A DNA stretch of 64,000 nucleotides from Anthoceros angustus (GCA_010909165.1 MU008150.1:248001-312000), one strand, 5' to 3'; positions 27,106-39,444 are shown, counted from the first letter of the stretch. Numbers and translations: made by a program. Notes: generated from the letters alone by a model not told the origin.

Positions 27106-27819
27106 GGTCTTGACAGCAGGGGACAATCATTTCTCGCGCGCTCACAGCTCCACCTGCACCTGCACCTGGTCCCGCTTCCTTCCCTGCCACTCTTTATCGC
27201 CCAGCAGCAGCAGCCGCGGGGCCCGGGGCTCTACATTATTATTCACCTTGTCCAGCTCTGGAGCTGGACGTCCCAAGGTCACAGCCTCCCTTTCTCATGA
27301 CACCAAACAAGTCCTCTCTGGACACGGCTTGCGGCTGCCTGCTGCCTGCTGCCTGCTGCCTACTGCCTGCCTGGATTCTCGCACTGATCCCAATGTCCAT
27401 CTTACGTAACAAGAGCTACACATGTCTCCGGGCCTGTATGAGCGTATGTCCTAGCCTCCTAGCCTCCTACCCTCCCTCATCCACGTCAAAAATCCATGTC
27501 CACTCCGACTCCTGCCCACACATGTGATCTACTGCACACTACGCAAAAACCGCTGCCGCACAACATCTCCAGCTCCACCGTGCTGCTGTATCCTCCGCCG
27601 CCGTCACCCAACTCTGCCATGCCAGTATCTCCATACTCATTTATTACATCCAACGCTGTTTTCCCCGCCTCCGCCGGAACCGCCGGAACCGCCGGTACCG
27701 CCGGTACCGCCGACTCCGCCGACTGCCTCCCTGCTTCAAACTGCCGCCACAGGCGTATCCTGTTCCCGGTGACGCGGAGGCCCTATCCCACGCCAAAGTT
27801 TTTGGAGGGAGTTGGGAGA

Positions 27820-27829
27820 CTTTTATAAA
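27820..27829 (-). promoter_or_regulatory. Candidate TATA box (TATAAAAG) for the HD-Zip I gene
   Basis: The minus strand reads ATTTATAAAAG at the boundary between an AT-rich block (27830-27950) and GC-rich leader-like sequence. Confidence 0.35.
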
Positions 27830-28091
27830 TATTTCACCACGTCACAAAATTATACTACGTGGATCAAAATAAATTATTTTCTTTATTTTTTACTCTTCTT
27901 TATATGTATATATATCTTACTTAATTTAATTCAATTCCATAAAAGTGGGTTCACGCAGACACAACTCCCAAGGCGGACTCAAGGGTGCCCTAACGCACGG
28001 ACGACACCATAAAAGCACGAAAGCCTCCATCACTCATTATTTTGGCACCAAGCTCCGACTGGACTCGGGGAGTGCGTGGAAGGATCCATGG

Positions 28092-28147
28092 CCGTGAGCC
28101 GTGACGCGTGACGCGTGACGAGTGACGCGTGACCCGTGAGCCATGAC
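28092..28147. repeat. 7-bp tandem array (8 units, consensus gcgtgac) rich in TGACG/CGCG motifs
   Basis: ccgtgag ccgtgac gcgtgac gcgtgac gagtgac gcgtgac ccgtgag ccatgac. Confidence 0.85.
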
Positions 28148-28371
28148 CCGTTCAACGGGACAGTATATTGGCATGACAACTGGAGTGTCGCACACTTGCC
28201 CCCAGGGCCCCAGCCCGGCCAGGCGGCCAGGCGGCCAGGCAAAAGCCTGCATCCCCAGCAACCACCTCCTACGCCTACGCTTCAACGTACACGGTAAAAC
28301 GTATATGTATATGATTTACAAGCACTGGGCCCACCACTACGTTCAACTACAAGTACCAAGTACACCACATT

Positions 28372-30479
28372 ATGCATTGCATGCGTCTCACACGTCTTGT
28401 ACCCGCTCCTTCCATCATACACGCCACCCCCGGTCCTTTGTCCTTTTCTATATCATATTATATATTTCTTATGCTTCCTTTTTCCTTGTACCATACACAA
28501 CAAAAATATTTGCCATCTTTACGAGGAAAAGCAAAGACTGGACGGCTGGATCTGGGCCTCATTCTTCTCTGTCTTCGTACTCTCATCTACCTCTACCCGC
28601 GCTTGCTCGGAAGGGAAGGGAAGGGAAGGAAGGGAAGGAAGGGAACAGGACGGAATCCAGTACGCCAGGCCCAGCGCCCAGCTTGCATACGTACAATATA
28701 CCGTCTCCCGTTGGCGGAGGAAAGTCTGACCGAATGACAAGCGCAACATGAGCCATGGACCATGCAGCACCCAATCACGCTGGTGCCGGCCGGCGGCATG
28801 GCTGATATCTGAGCGCGTGGCCGGCGGGCTCGTCCGCCCCTTGAATTGCTTCTGTTGTCCGCGACATTGCAAAACAGTGAAGAGAAACTGCCGGGGCTAG
28901 GAATTCGAAAGAGGATGACATTAGCGTCTGAACGCAAGAAGAGCGTTTTTTCTAGGTACGACTTCTGCCTGAGTTCCACGACAAGGCATGCGCAGGCTGA
29001 GTTCCAAGACACTGCAGGCTGATGAGTCTTCTTGTGACTCATGATCATGGAGGCGGCAGAAGGCCAAGGGATCGCCATGTGCTGAGGAATCAGCTGAATA
29101 AGTGGTTAAGAGCTTTGATCAGGTACCGGTGAGCGTGCTGCTCAATGCTGGCCATATGCACATGTGGTAGCTGTACCGGTGTACTGCATGCACGAAGAGA
29201 GCCTAGGTTAGTGGACTTTGTGCACTGTGGACATGGGCAAGCAGGCGTTAAATAATTGGGCCTGCAAGCCTCCCGGGTCCAGGCTCCCACCAAGTTGTTG
29301 AGAAGGCCACGTGAAGTGGAGGTCCAAATTATGCAGTGCCCAAGATACGTACTCACCAGCCCTCCAACAAAGGCCTAAACCCTGGAACCTTCAATGAATG
29401 TTGCAGATGAGGAGCAGCCATGCATTGCATGCGTCTCACACGTCTTGTACCCGCTCCTTCCATCATACACGCCACCCCCGGTCCTTTGTCCTTTTCTATA
29501 TCATATTATATATTTCTTATGCTTCCTTTTTCCTTGTACCATACACAACAAAAATATTTGCCATCTTTACGAGGAAAAGCAAAGACTGGACGGCTGGATC
29601 TGGGCCTCATTCTTCTCTGTCTTCGTACTCTCATCTACCTCTACCCGCGCTTGCTCGGAAGGGAAGGGAAGGGAAGGGAAGGGAAGGGAAGGGAAGGGAA
29701 CAGGACGGAATCCGGTACGCGCCAGGCCCAGCGCCCAGCTTGCATACGTACAATATACCGTCTCCCGTTGGCGGAGGAAAAGTCTGACCGAATGACAAGC
29801 GCAACATGAGCCATGGACCATGCAGCACCCAATCACGCTGGTGCCGGCCGGCGGCATGGCTGATATCTGAGCGCGTGGCCGGCGGGCTCGTCCGCCCCTT
29901 GAATTGCTTCTGTTGTCCGCGACATTGCAAAACAGTGAAGAGAAACTGCCGGGGCTAGGAATTCGAAAGAGGATGACATTAGCGTCTGAACGCAAGAAGA
30001 GCGTTTTTTCTAGGTACGACTTCTGCCTGAGTTCCACGACAAGGCATGCGCAGGCTGAGTTCCAAGACACTGCAGGCTGATGAGTCTTCTTGTGACTCAT
30101 GATCATGGAGGCGGCAGAAGGCCAAGGGATCGCCATGTGCTGAGGAATCAGCTGAATAAGTGGTTAAGAGCTTTGATCAGGTACCGGTGAGCGTGCTGCT
30201 CAATGCTGGCCATATGCACATGTGGTAGCTGTACCGGTGTACTGCATGCACGAAGAGAGCCTAGGTTAGTGGACTTTGTGCACTGTGGACATGGGCAAGC
30301 AGGCGTTAAATAATTGGGCCCTGCAAGCCTCCCGGGTCCAGGCTCCCACCAAGTTGTTGAGAAGGCCACGTGAAGTGGAGGTCCAAATTATGCAGTGCCC
30401 AAGATACGTACTCACCAGCCCTCCAACAAAGGCCTAAACCCTGGAACCTTCAATGAATGTTGCAGATGAGGAGCAGCCG
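28372..30479. repeat. Near-identical head-to-tail tandem duplication: copy 1 28372-29419 (1048 bp), copy 2 29420-30479 (1060 bp)
   Basis: Both copies start atgcattgcatgcgtctcacacg and end gatgaggagcagcc. Identical ORF translations (e.g. 28593-29078 and 29567-30136). Differences seen are in the (gggaa)n tract, short runs and one a/g substitution. Confidence 0.95.
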
Positions 30480-30928
30480 TACGTGCAGCGTGCGGGCTAT
30501 AGTACTGCCAACCATGGCCAGCCTTGATTCCCTGCCTTGCATGCATTCTTCCTCTGGATCGGGCCGGCGTCTGAGGCAGCTGATTGCATCCCAAGAAAAG
30601 AAGGATAAAGAATTTTATTCAAGTCCAGGAAGGACGGAGCATCGATTGTATGCCCGGCCCTTGGTTGTTCGTCCAAAATTGCAAGAGTCGCCACTGCCTG
30701 GAGACACGAGACTACCGTAGCAAAGAAAAACAAGCTTATGGCCTGGGCATCCGGAATCCGCCGTGTTTGACTTGCCAGCGCCCAATTTACTAGGCTGCTT
30801 GGTGGGTATTGTGCCATATCCATTATGTAGATGCATGTACTGGATGTACATGCGGAACAGGTTGATTATTCCGCGGATAATACGTATATGCATTGGTTAT
30901 GCAGTCCATGGGCTTATGCATGGACGGC

Positions 30929-30973
30929 CTGATACTGGTACTGTGTACACTGATACTGGTACTGTGTACACTG
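30929..30973. repeat. Perfect 21-bp tandem repeat (ctgatactggtactgtgtaca x2)
   Basis: Directly visible. Confidence 0.85.
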
Positions 30974-33900
30974 TACAATAGTGATAGCTTTAGTAATTAG
31001 ACCTACGATTACTACTGAGCTGCTTACCTGGAGCCTGGAGCCTGGGATCTGGGTAGGCTATGGCCTGTCTCCCAGGCATTTGAGCCCAGCCCATGATTGC
31101 CACTCGTACTGAATCTTATTAAACAACCTTCAAAAATCGAGATATACTCTGGACGCTTGAAGTCTGAACGCATTCCTGTCAATGTGTGTGATCTGGAAAA
31201 TCAGAATCCGTAATCGTGCCCCAGCAGTCTGCTGCTTCTGTTACAGCAAAGCTTGTTGCAGTCTGTCACACTGGATCGAATCCCAGGTTGACTGCAAGTC
31301 AGCACGTGCGAGGCTTGGCCCCCTTGATATTTTGCTTTTGATAAAAGCCTGTGCATTCGTAGCAAATTGCAAACGGCTACTGTAGGTTGTCTCTGCCACT
31401 ATCTACAAGCTTAAGCTAGCGTCTGCACCGTGCAACAACCTTGATTTTAAATTTGCGAGTGTCTAGAGACCTCATCAGAAGGCCCATGTTTCACAGGTGT
31501 GATCGCTGAACAGCTGGAAGGGATGGCCGCCAGCTCCAGAGATGACGTACATGGAGGACATCATGGCCCTGAGCTTGCAGGTTGTACACAGTACTGTGCA
31601 TGAGGATTCCCAATATCGTATGTAGCCCAGCTTGTGGGCGACTCGACCGTCTGCTGACATGCAGTAGTTGGCTTCGGCAATCGTCCCCCAGCTCCTTGTT
31701 GCGACAGTTAAACAAGGCTCCTCCCACACAAGCATATATTCACATGTAGGTACCTATTTCCTATTTGGATGTACTTAGAGCTGTTGGAAAATGTTGCCTA
31801 CGTATATATCCTGTACCATTTACTAGACTTTGTGAAATGTGTCTTTTCTTCGTGTACCTATTGGAGACTTCACTTTTGAATGTGTTTGCATTGCAAGTGG
31901 CCGTTGTACATGGCATTCCTGTGACGTCACTAAGGAGGTGGTTCAGAGGTTCGGTGTGCCCATGGACTTCAGAAGCTTCCTTGGAATCCCTTCTCAAGTG
32001 CTTTCACAAAATTCATATCCCTTGGGCCATGGCGGATGTGTGTTGCACAGTGCACAGCAATTGGACTGTAGCTTTGCTTCGAACTCGTCCAGCAGATTAG
32101 AGTATCTTGAGCATAAACGATCCCACATTCACTCTGCTCTGCAAGAGAAGGCTGAAACGGCAACGGCAACTGAAACGGCTACTGTGTCGTGGCGCATTCT
32201 GGGCGTTACAATCGAGTTTATCTAAAGCTCCAACACGCGGGTCGATGCCTGCAGCTTAGGCTTGTGCCCCCGGGGCCCGGGCCCCCGGGCTCTCATCAAA
32301 CTTCCCACAGACAACAGTCTGCCCTGCGAGGGGAGATGCTGCACCACGACGCCTGGCAGGGGAAGGGGCAGGGGCAGGGGGAGGGGCAGGGGCAGGGGCA
32401 AGACAGGCGGCCCGTGGGCGACAGTGACACGCACGCGGGAGTTCGAGGCGGTGCGTGCAATCGGACACAAGTACTGGACAGCCTCTCTACAAATGCTTTT
32501 TCCACAGGTCTGAGAAGATACCTCGCCAGACTGATTTCCCGCTGCACATACGACAGCAGAGAGGGGTGAGCGCGAGCCATGTTGGTACCCCGTGCACAGT
32601 GCGTCCGCCAAAATAGTACTGTACAGGGAAACCACAAATCTGGCTCCTACAGCCATTACGGGGTCAGGATGGATGGGATGGGTGGATGGAGCTGTGCTGG
32701 CCCTGCAGCTGCCCGCCACGTAAGCTGTGGTCCAATACCCTCTCCCTGCGGGTTCGCTCTCACCGTTGGTTTTAGGCTGCGCACCAGTCCAGAGCCCGAG
32801 CATCATGCAGCAATGCAGGCTAGGGTGCCTCCCATGCAGCGTGCAGGGCCCCGGTACAATCTTTGTCCGAGATCCAGCTGCCCTCGTTTCTCATCACATT
32901 CGCGCTCCTGCGCGCGCGTAATTGTCAGGAGGGCTGGCGACTAGCACTGCCGGCCGAGGCCGAGCAACGCATGCATCCAAGTATCGGCGTGTACAGTATC
33001 ATGTACATGTGTGGCAGCCCGTGTCGACATTAGCAGATCTGTTTGTCAACCCAAAGCTTGACTTGTAAACCTCTCCTCCCGACGTCGTCGGCTGGCAGTC
33101 CCCAATCGCGCTAACCAGTGCGTCTCAGTCTGACCTTCTCCTCCTGCAAATTTAAATGCTCGCCAAATGTCAAAGCTGTAAAAGCGCGTCTCCAGTGCTT
33201 GTCTTCATCTGCCGAGAGCCGACATGGTGAAGTCTGCAGGCGATCACTGCCCATAGTCTCCGTGTGCATTGGGTACCCTAGCGGCTAACGCACCGATAAC
33301 TGCACCGATCTGGAAAGAACACGCAGTGCACATATCCAAGTCTCCTCCAAAGCTTCATACGCGTCCATGCGGCCGGAGTGTACCATCCACCGAAAGCAGC
33401 AGCAGTCCGTGGAATCTCGTTACTGAGGAAACGTGCTGTGTAGAGTAGATCGCTGAAAACGAGCAGTCCGTGACCGATTGCAGCACAAGGTCCAACGGAG
33501 GCAGCACGAGCGAGCTTGGTACTTGGTACTCCCCATGGCATCCTACAATTTCAGTGCAGATACACCTGTGCACGCTCTTGTAAAGCCCCATGAACGTGGA
33601 CGTATGTAGTTTCTCAGTTTCAAACCATTCCACCTGATAATGCACTAAATTAAAGAATCGATCGTACTTTCTCAGAACTCACCCATGCTATGGCCGTACC
33701 TTGCCCCACAGCACAAAACGAAAACGTAGTTCCCAACAAGCGTACACATCTTGTGACCCACCACAAGGTGGCTCACCTGCTATCTACTATCTCTAATTGC
33801 AGCTGCGCTCTTGCAGCAGATCAAATAACTGTGCTGATAACCCGCGTTGCCCTGTCAAGTTCTGGTGAGTGCAAACAAAATACCCCCATGAACACTTTCT

Positions 33901-34292
33901 GAGATCATTAGCCATCTGTAGGTTTCGTTTTGTTGGAGGAGGACACATGAACCTGCCAATTCAATGCGACACTGTTCAGCCAGCAACTCACATCATGCCA
34001 ACACTTCAAGCTACGCACACACATACCAGAAGAAGAACACAGCTTTTCGTAACATGTAACCAAGAGCCCCCGCTCATCTGGGATGGTCATTTCGTGCCAT
34101 CACCACGTCACATGTACATATGTATTCCCTGACAGGAAAAGAAAATAAAAGATTTAAGGTCAATTTGCTTAACGAGGTCAACACACTGGGACCTGCCAGG
34201 ATCACTAGTAATACCAGAAGCTCCCTTACCTACGATACAGCCACGTGTCCGATTATTTGATACTAAAATCATGAACTCCCCTCCTGCTACTG

Positions 34293-36764
34293 CTAGTGTC
34301 TCAAGTCCCCGACCGGTTTTGTGCTTGAAAATAGTGGCTCCCTCCTAGCAGAATACGAACTTGCCTCAGTACCTGTTGTCCGAAAGCTCAAAGATCCTGG
34401 GGTTCCATAAGTGCTCTGGCTTGGTGGTGCCATTCCCCTTACTGGAGAGGAGAAACGCCTACGTTCCAGAGCTTCCCTTGGCTCTCCTGATCCAGCTCGT
34501 ATATTTTCGTACTTAAGCACGCCAGGGGTTGCAGGAGCAGCCCCGGTCCCAAACGTCGGATCCGTCTGGTTTTCTAGTCCAAAGTCCCTTTTCTTACTGA
34601 AGTAGAGCCATCCTACAAACATCAAAAGGATGGAAAAGAATATAGGACTACTCCACAGCTTTGCATTGAAATCCGGGGGCCTTTGAACGGGCAGGTTGGA
34701 TATGTAAATGCCTACGTATCCATCACCAAAACCAACCACCACCAACTTGTCACGATTGCCAGTCATCACAGGCCACTGTATCTGTTCAACCGGTGTATTG
34801 ACAAACGAGAGGGATACCTCATCCATTGAGGAAGTAACAACAGGTCGTGTACCTCCAGCACGAATGTTTGCATAGCTGAAGCCAACTTGCGATGTTGTAT
34901 TGTACACATACAGGTACTTGGGAGTTGCCACGAGCAGGTATCCTTTGATGGCATGAGGAACTAACGGTCTCTCCACGTCCAGTGCCTTCTTTGTTCCCAC
35001 TTGACACTTGAAATGGAAAGTGTCCCCAGATAACGCTACGTAGATAAGGTCACCATCAACAGTAAAACCATAGGCTTTAGATCGTCCACCAGCATCGAAT
35101 GTGTAAGCAACCACCTTAGAATCATTTAAGCCTTCACAAAAGCTGCTACGCACCGTCATATTCATAAGATCCAGGGATCCTGCACCCGTCTCTGTGAGAA
35201 AGAGAAGCCGCTGGGTGTTTGGAGTCCGCAGGAACGCTAGCGGCCGACTGGGTGAGTGTGCCACTCCATGCAGTGATCCGTTCTCACGAAACACCTGTAA
35301 CTTTCCTCCTACGTCTGAAACCAGGAGGTAACGAATCTTGCCCACTCTGTACATTTCAATGTTTGTCACAGGCACATGATCCCCTGCAGCCACTTGTTCT
35401 TTTTCTGAGACTGAGCCTTTCGCTCCACCTGCTGCATCTGAGCTTTCATCTTCATTGACAAGAACCTTTTCACCATACATTGTAGCCAGAGAAGGTGACA
35501 CCGGAATACTTGGAGGTGCCACCAGAGAGTACATATCCTCCATCGACAGTGCATGCCATTCATCTCCGGATGAAGGTCCACGATACAGAGTTTCACATAT
35601 ACGGTGCATCAGCACAGCTCCATCGGAGTGACCAGTGATGAGAACTGTCTCGTTGGTACGCAAAACATAAGAAAGCATGGAGGTAATTGGGGAAGTCGAC
35701 AGAGTCTGATGATGCAGCAACAGATCTCCGTACGCCAGGAAAAGATAAACCTGGCCACTTTCATCACCCACAGCGACGTATCTACTGAATCCATCCTCTC
35801 CTTCATGCGGGAGAACGTGCAAACAAGAGACATTGGAGTCCACCTTCACAGCAGACAGAAAGTGAAAGTGATCAGACCAGGCAGGCTTGTACCTTGCTAT
35901 AGTCCTACCACCAAATTTCTGGCGCAAGCTCTGGCTGTCAAGTGCTGCAGTATCATCCTGGTGCAAATGTTCAGTGCCACGTAGAGGTGTCTCGCCCTCG
36001 GCCCTGCCTGCAATCATCGATGGCATTCTCCGCGGTAGCTCTACATCAACTGACTTCGGACTATGGCCACTTTCAGCTTCATCTGAATCGTGGAACTCTG
36101 CACATCCTTCAACCCTCACCTTCTCTTGCGCTGTTAGGTTGATAACCGTGTCAGATAGCTTGTTAACAGCATCACCCATAGCAGCGACAAGGGATCTAAG
36201 TTGTACAACCTGATCTTCCTGATGCTGAGCCAACATCTCAAGCTTCCACAAGTGCTCCTCAGCACAGAGCTTTTGCCGACCTACCTGACTGTCCTCCACA
36301 TCTGCAAGCACAGTTTCTTCCCCAAGAATTGTCTCTGTCCCAAGAGCTTCATGCTTCCCAACAGGTAAGACTTTGAATTCCATTTCGGGACAAATCTCCA
36401 CTCCCAGTAATTCCAAATCTCCATCCAGCTGTCCTGTTACCAGTGGCGGATCTCTTTCCTCTGAGTGCAAGCGCTCTACCTTCTCTGTCCCAAAAGCCTC
36501 ATGCTTCCCAACTGGTAGAATTTTGTATTCCTTCTCAGGGCACATATCCAGTCCCAGTTCTTCCAAAGCTTCATCAAGCTCCATTGCTATCGGTAAAGGA
36601 TCTCTTTTCATCAGTTGCACACTGTGGCCTCCCTCCGACGGCAGATCCACTCCCGAATGCAGTACCTCTCCAGATCCATCAAGGACGGAATAAGCAGGAG
36701 AGATCGATGCGGAACAGATCATCCATGCTGAAATCAGCACGGTAAGCTGAAGACTTCTCATCAT
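34293..36764 (-). CDS. Single-exon type I membrane protein, At1g75140-like uncharacterized family (signal peptide, coiled coil, beta-propeller-like region, C-terminal TM helix)
   Basis: 823-aa ORF starting ATG ATG at 36764. Contains YKPAWSDHFHFLSAVKVDSNVSCLHVLP..GFSRYVAVGDESGQVYLF, which I recognise as matching the plant At1g75140 family, and a TM segment LWSSPIFFSILLMFVGWLYF followed by SKKR. Confidence 0.8.
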   Translation of the reverse strand: MMRSLQLTVLISAWMICSASISPAYSVLDGSGEVLHSGVDLPSEGGHSVQLMKRDPLPIAMELDEALEELGLDMCPEKEYKILPVGKHEAFGTEKVERLHSEERDPPLVTGQLDGDLELLGVEICPEMEFKVLPVGKHEALGTETILGEETVLADVEDSQVGRQKLCAEEHLWKLEMLAQHQEDQVVQLRSLVAAMGDAVNKLSDTVINLTAQEKVRVEGCAEFHDSDEAESGHSPKSVDVELPRRMPSMIAGRAEGETPLRGTEHLHQDDTAALDSQSLRQKFGGRTIARYKPAWSDHFHFLSAVKVDSNVSCLHVLPHEGEDGFSRYVAVGDESGQVYLFLAYGDLLLHHQTLSTSPITSMLSYVLRTNETVLITGHSDGAVLMHRICETLYRGPSSGDEWHALSMEDMYSLVAPPSIPVSPSLATMYGEKVLVNEDESSDAAGGAKGSVSEKEQVAAGDHVPVTNIEMYRVGKIRYLLVSDVGGKLQVFRENGSLHGVAHSPSRPLAFLRTPNTQRLLFLTETGAGSLDLMNMTVRSSFCEGLNDSKVVAYTFDAGGRSKAYGFTVDGDLIYVALSGDTFHFKCQVGTKKALDVERPLVPHAIKGYLLVATPKYLYVYNTTSQVGFSYANIRAGGTRPVVTSSMDEVSLSFVNTPVEQIQWPVMTGNRDKLVVVGFGDGYVGIYISNLPVQRPPDFNAKLWSSPIFFSILLMFVGWLYFSKKRDFGLENQTDPTFGTGAAPATPGVLKYENIRAGSGEPREALERRRFSSPVRGMAPPSQSTYGTPGSLSFRTTGTEASSYSARREPLFSSTKPVGDLRH

Positions 36765-37946
36765 GACTGACCCTAAGCCCCCGGAAATGCAACCACTCTG
36801 TCGGACTAGCTAGCAAATTTGGCAAGTTCAAAGCCACAGGACATTGCAGATGTAGAAGCATAACCAGGAACAGCCAATCAGCAGATCTACTTGATCCCTC
36901 TCGACGCAAGCACTTGCCAGCTCGTTGCCCTAACAGTCCTAAGGTTGTCAACAGCCTGAGAATTCTGCCGCCTCCGACTATCCGCCTGTGCTCCCATACC
37001 GCCGGACAATGCCAAGAAGAGATGCATCAACATCTCCAATTCCACCAGACAAAGTGACGAGATCTCCTCGCAGAAGGTTGTCCAACCCTTGACCCCGACG
37101 AATCCATGTCCCAATGCACGAGTGCAAGCGAGAGGAGCACCGCAGCAATGACAGAGCTCAGCACAAACAAGGTTTCATCAATCCTGCACCTCGCATCGCA
37201 CTGCAACTTGCCTGCCTAGCCACAGCTCCTTCCAGAACGTTCGGATACCTTCCAATACCAGAACCCGGAGCAGTGCGGGGCGTGCGCATCGAACACCGCC
37301 AAGCTGCACGAGGTATGCACATCCACAAGCATCCCCTCCTCCGGATTCTCCGATCCGCCTTGTCCCTGCTCCTACCGGGAGCTGCTGGAGTGTCGGGGCC
37401 AAGGATCCCGCCACCGCGGCTGGAGCCTGGAGGTGGCGGGCTGCGTGTGGCGTAGGGGTCGCGCCACTTGTCGATATACGTTATAGCAAAGGGACAAAAG
37501 TAACCGCGTCAAAGTCGATGGCTGAAATGCTTCCTCTTCGTTAACAAAGAAGGGGGGTGTTTTCACGGACTTCGAAAGCATCTGGCATCTGGCGCTGTCC
37601 ATACACATTAGGCAACCTTGTCACAAACTCATGTTCCCAGCACCCAAGACGCTATGTTTGCTGCAGTTGCCCTTCTGAGCTTAAATAGTCGAATTCCCTG
37701 ACACTGAGCACACACAGTCGCACAGTAAGTCAATTACCTCAGCTGGTATTCGAACCAAGAAATTTTTTTGGGGGGCTGGAAATATTCTAACAAGAGATTC
37801 AGTTGCAGGAACAAGGATGTTGACGACATACTGGCACTGCTGATGCAGCTTGAATGACTGGGAAGCCGGATTCACGCTTGCACACTACTCCTGCAGGACC
37901 TCATTGTATGAATGAGCACAATACAGTGCTTCATTGAGCTCAACTC

Positions 37947-39444
37947 TCAGTTCCTTGTGACCTTGGGCGTGGCTTTCCGATTGCTCTTCACTTTCACCCT
38001 GGTGACCCTGGGGGCACGCAGCTGTTCTGGAAGGAGGTCTCGCTGGGAGGACAGCTCGGCGATGAAGAGAACAGTGTGTGCCCACCCAGCATACTTGCCA
38101 AACCTTGTCACAAATGCCTGGGCAACATCATGATGTAATTTTGGTGTGAGCCGCTCCCCTGCAAGTTCTGGCATGAGATAACGCACAGCAATCTGCGTAT
38201 GACAAAACGTTCAGATGTTAGCTACACTCAGGAGGCAGTGGGAGGAAAGTGCTTAGTATGGCTCTCACCTGCCAAACATGGGTATCAACTGGAACGGCGT
38301 GATGCTGGTCAAGGGAGAAGAGAGCAATGCAGGCTGCCACTTTGGGCCCAACACCAGGCAGAGTGCATAATGCTGCGACAGCCTCAGGAAGAGATACCTT
38401 CCTTAGGGAGAGAAGCCAATCCCTGCCCCCGTCCTTCTGAAGCAGTACCTCTGCAGCTCCGACGATAAACTTTGCTCTGCAGCAAATAACGTAGGGCAAG
38501 AATGTGAGAGGGACGTGAGATGTCAAACCGTAGGTGGCCATGACTGTAGAGCATTGGTGTCACCTGTAGCCAAACCCAGCCTCACGCAGGGCAGTTTCCT
38601 TCACACTAGCCAGCTGCTCAAGGGTTGGAAATTGGTGGAACCGGAGGCCTTTGACTGTTCCCAGGTAAGTCCCCAAGCTGGCCAAATGATCCACCATGCC
38701 AGTGATCCTTTGCAGGTGATTGTTGGACGAACAGATGAACTGGAAGACGCACTCCAAGGGATCTTGCCTCAGCAGACGCGCACCTGACATGTATGGAGCA
38801 ACTGCCGCAAATCTTTCATCAGCTGCTTCAAAACCAGTCCAGAGATCCTTCAAAGACGTGTCCAGGTTCAGATAATCCTGAAGGACGGCCTCCACGTCTC
38901 CCCCAACCTTCCTTCCAGGCACCAAGACATCAAGGCAAGACAGCTCCGTCTTTGCACATGCGCTGCTGCTGCCCCAAGAAGGCTGCGCTGCAGCAGGTGG
39001 GTGCAGCAGAAACTCCACATCACGGTCAGTCTGGCGCAGGGAAACAAGGTGGGAGCCCACCACACCTGTATACTCTGCATCACCCGTCTTCCTCCACCGG
39101 AATGTTTGGCCTGTGGGAAGCGTGAGCGCCAGACACAACTCATCAACAGTGACACCCAGACTTATCCAAGTCCCCAACCTCCCCCCACCACAGGGCTCCT
39201 GCTCCCGATCCTGCACCTGCTCCAGCCGCTGCTCAAGATCAAAGGTCAGAACTCTCCTTGCCCGCTCCCCGCGCACTCGCAAGTCCTTGCCTGCAATTCC
39301 AGCGCCCCCACCAGCACCCAAAGCCCTCTTCCGCATTACCGCTGGCGGGCTCTGCTTCCCCACCCCAGTACCAGTACTAGGCCTCAGTGCACGGTCCAAG
39401 GATGTCATGCTGGGACTGGTGCAGCTTCTTGGCAACCTCCACAT
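37947..39444 (-). CDS. OGG1: 8-oxoguanine DNA glycosylase/AP lyase
   Basis: LTLPTGQTFRW, ARLLRQDPLECVFQFICSSNNHLQRITGMV, LREAGFGYR|AKFI, the HhH-GPD motif LCTLPGVGPKVAACIALFSLDQHHAVPVDTHVWQ, and FGKYAGWAHTVLFIAEL. ATG 39444; two introns. Confidence 0.96.

Noticed and set aside
28143-30369. Several 100-200 aa ORFs inside the tandem duplication
   Set aside because: No motifs, they overlap in all frames, and they are frame-shifted between the two copies at short runs.
31475-33645. ORFs such as 31839-32225 (+), 32222-32806 (-) and 33278-33541 (-)
   Set aside because: Mostly non-ATG starts, repeat-derived low complexity and no recognisable homology.
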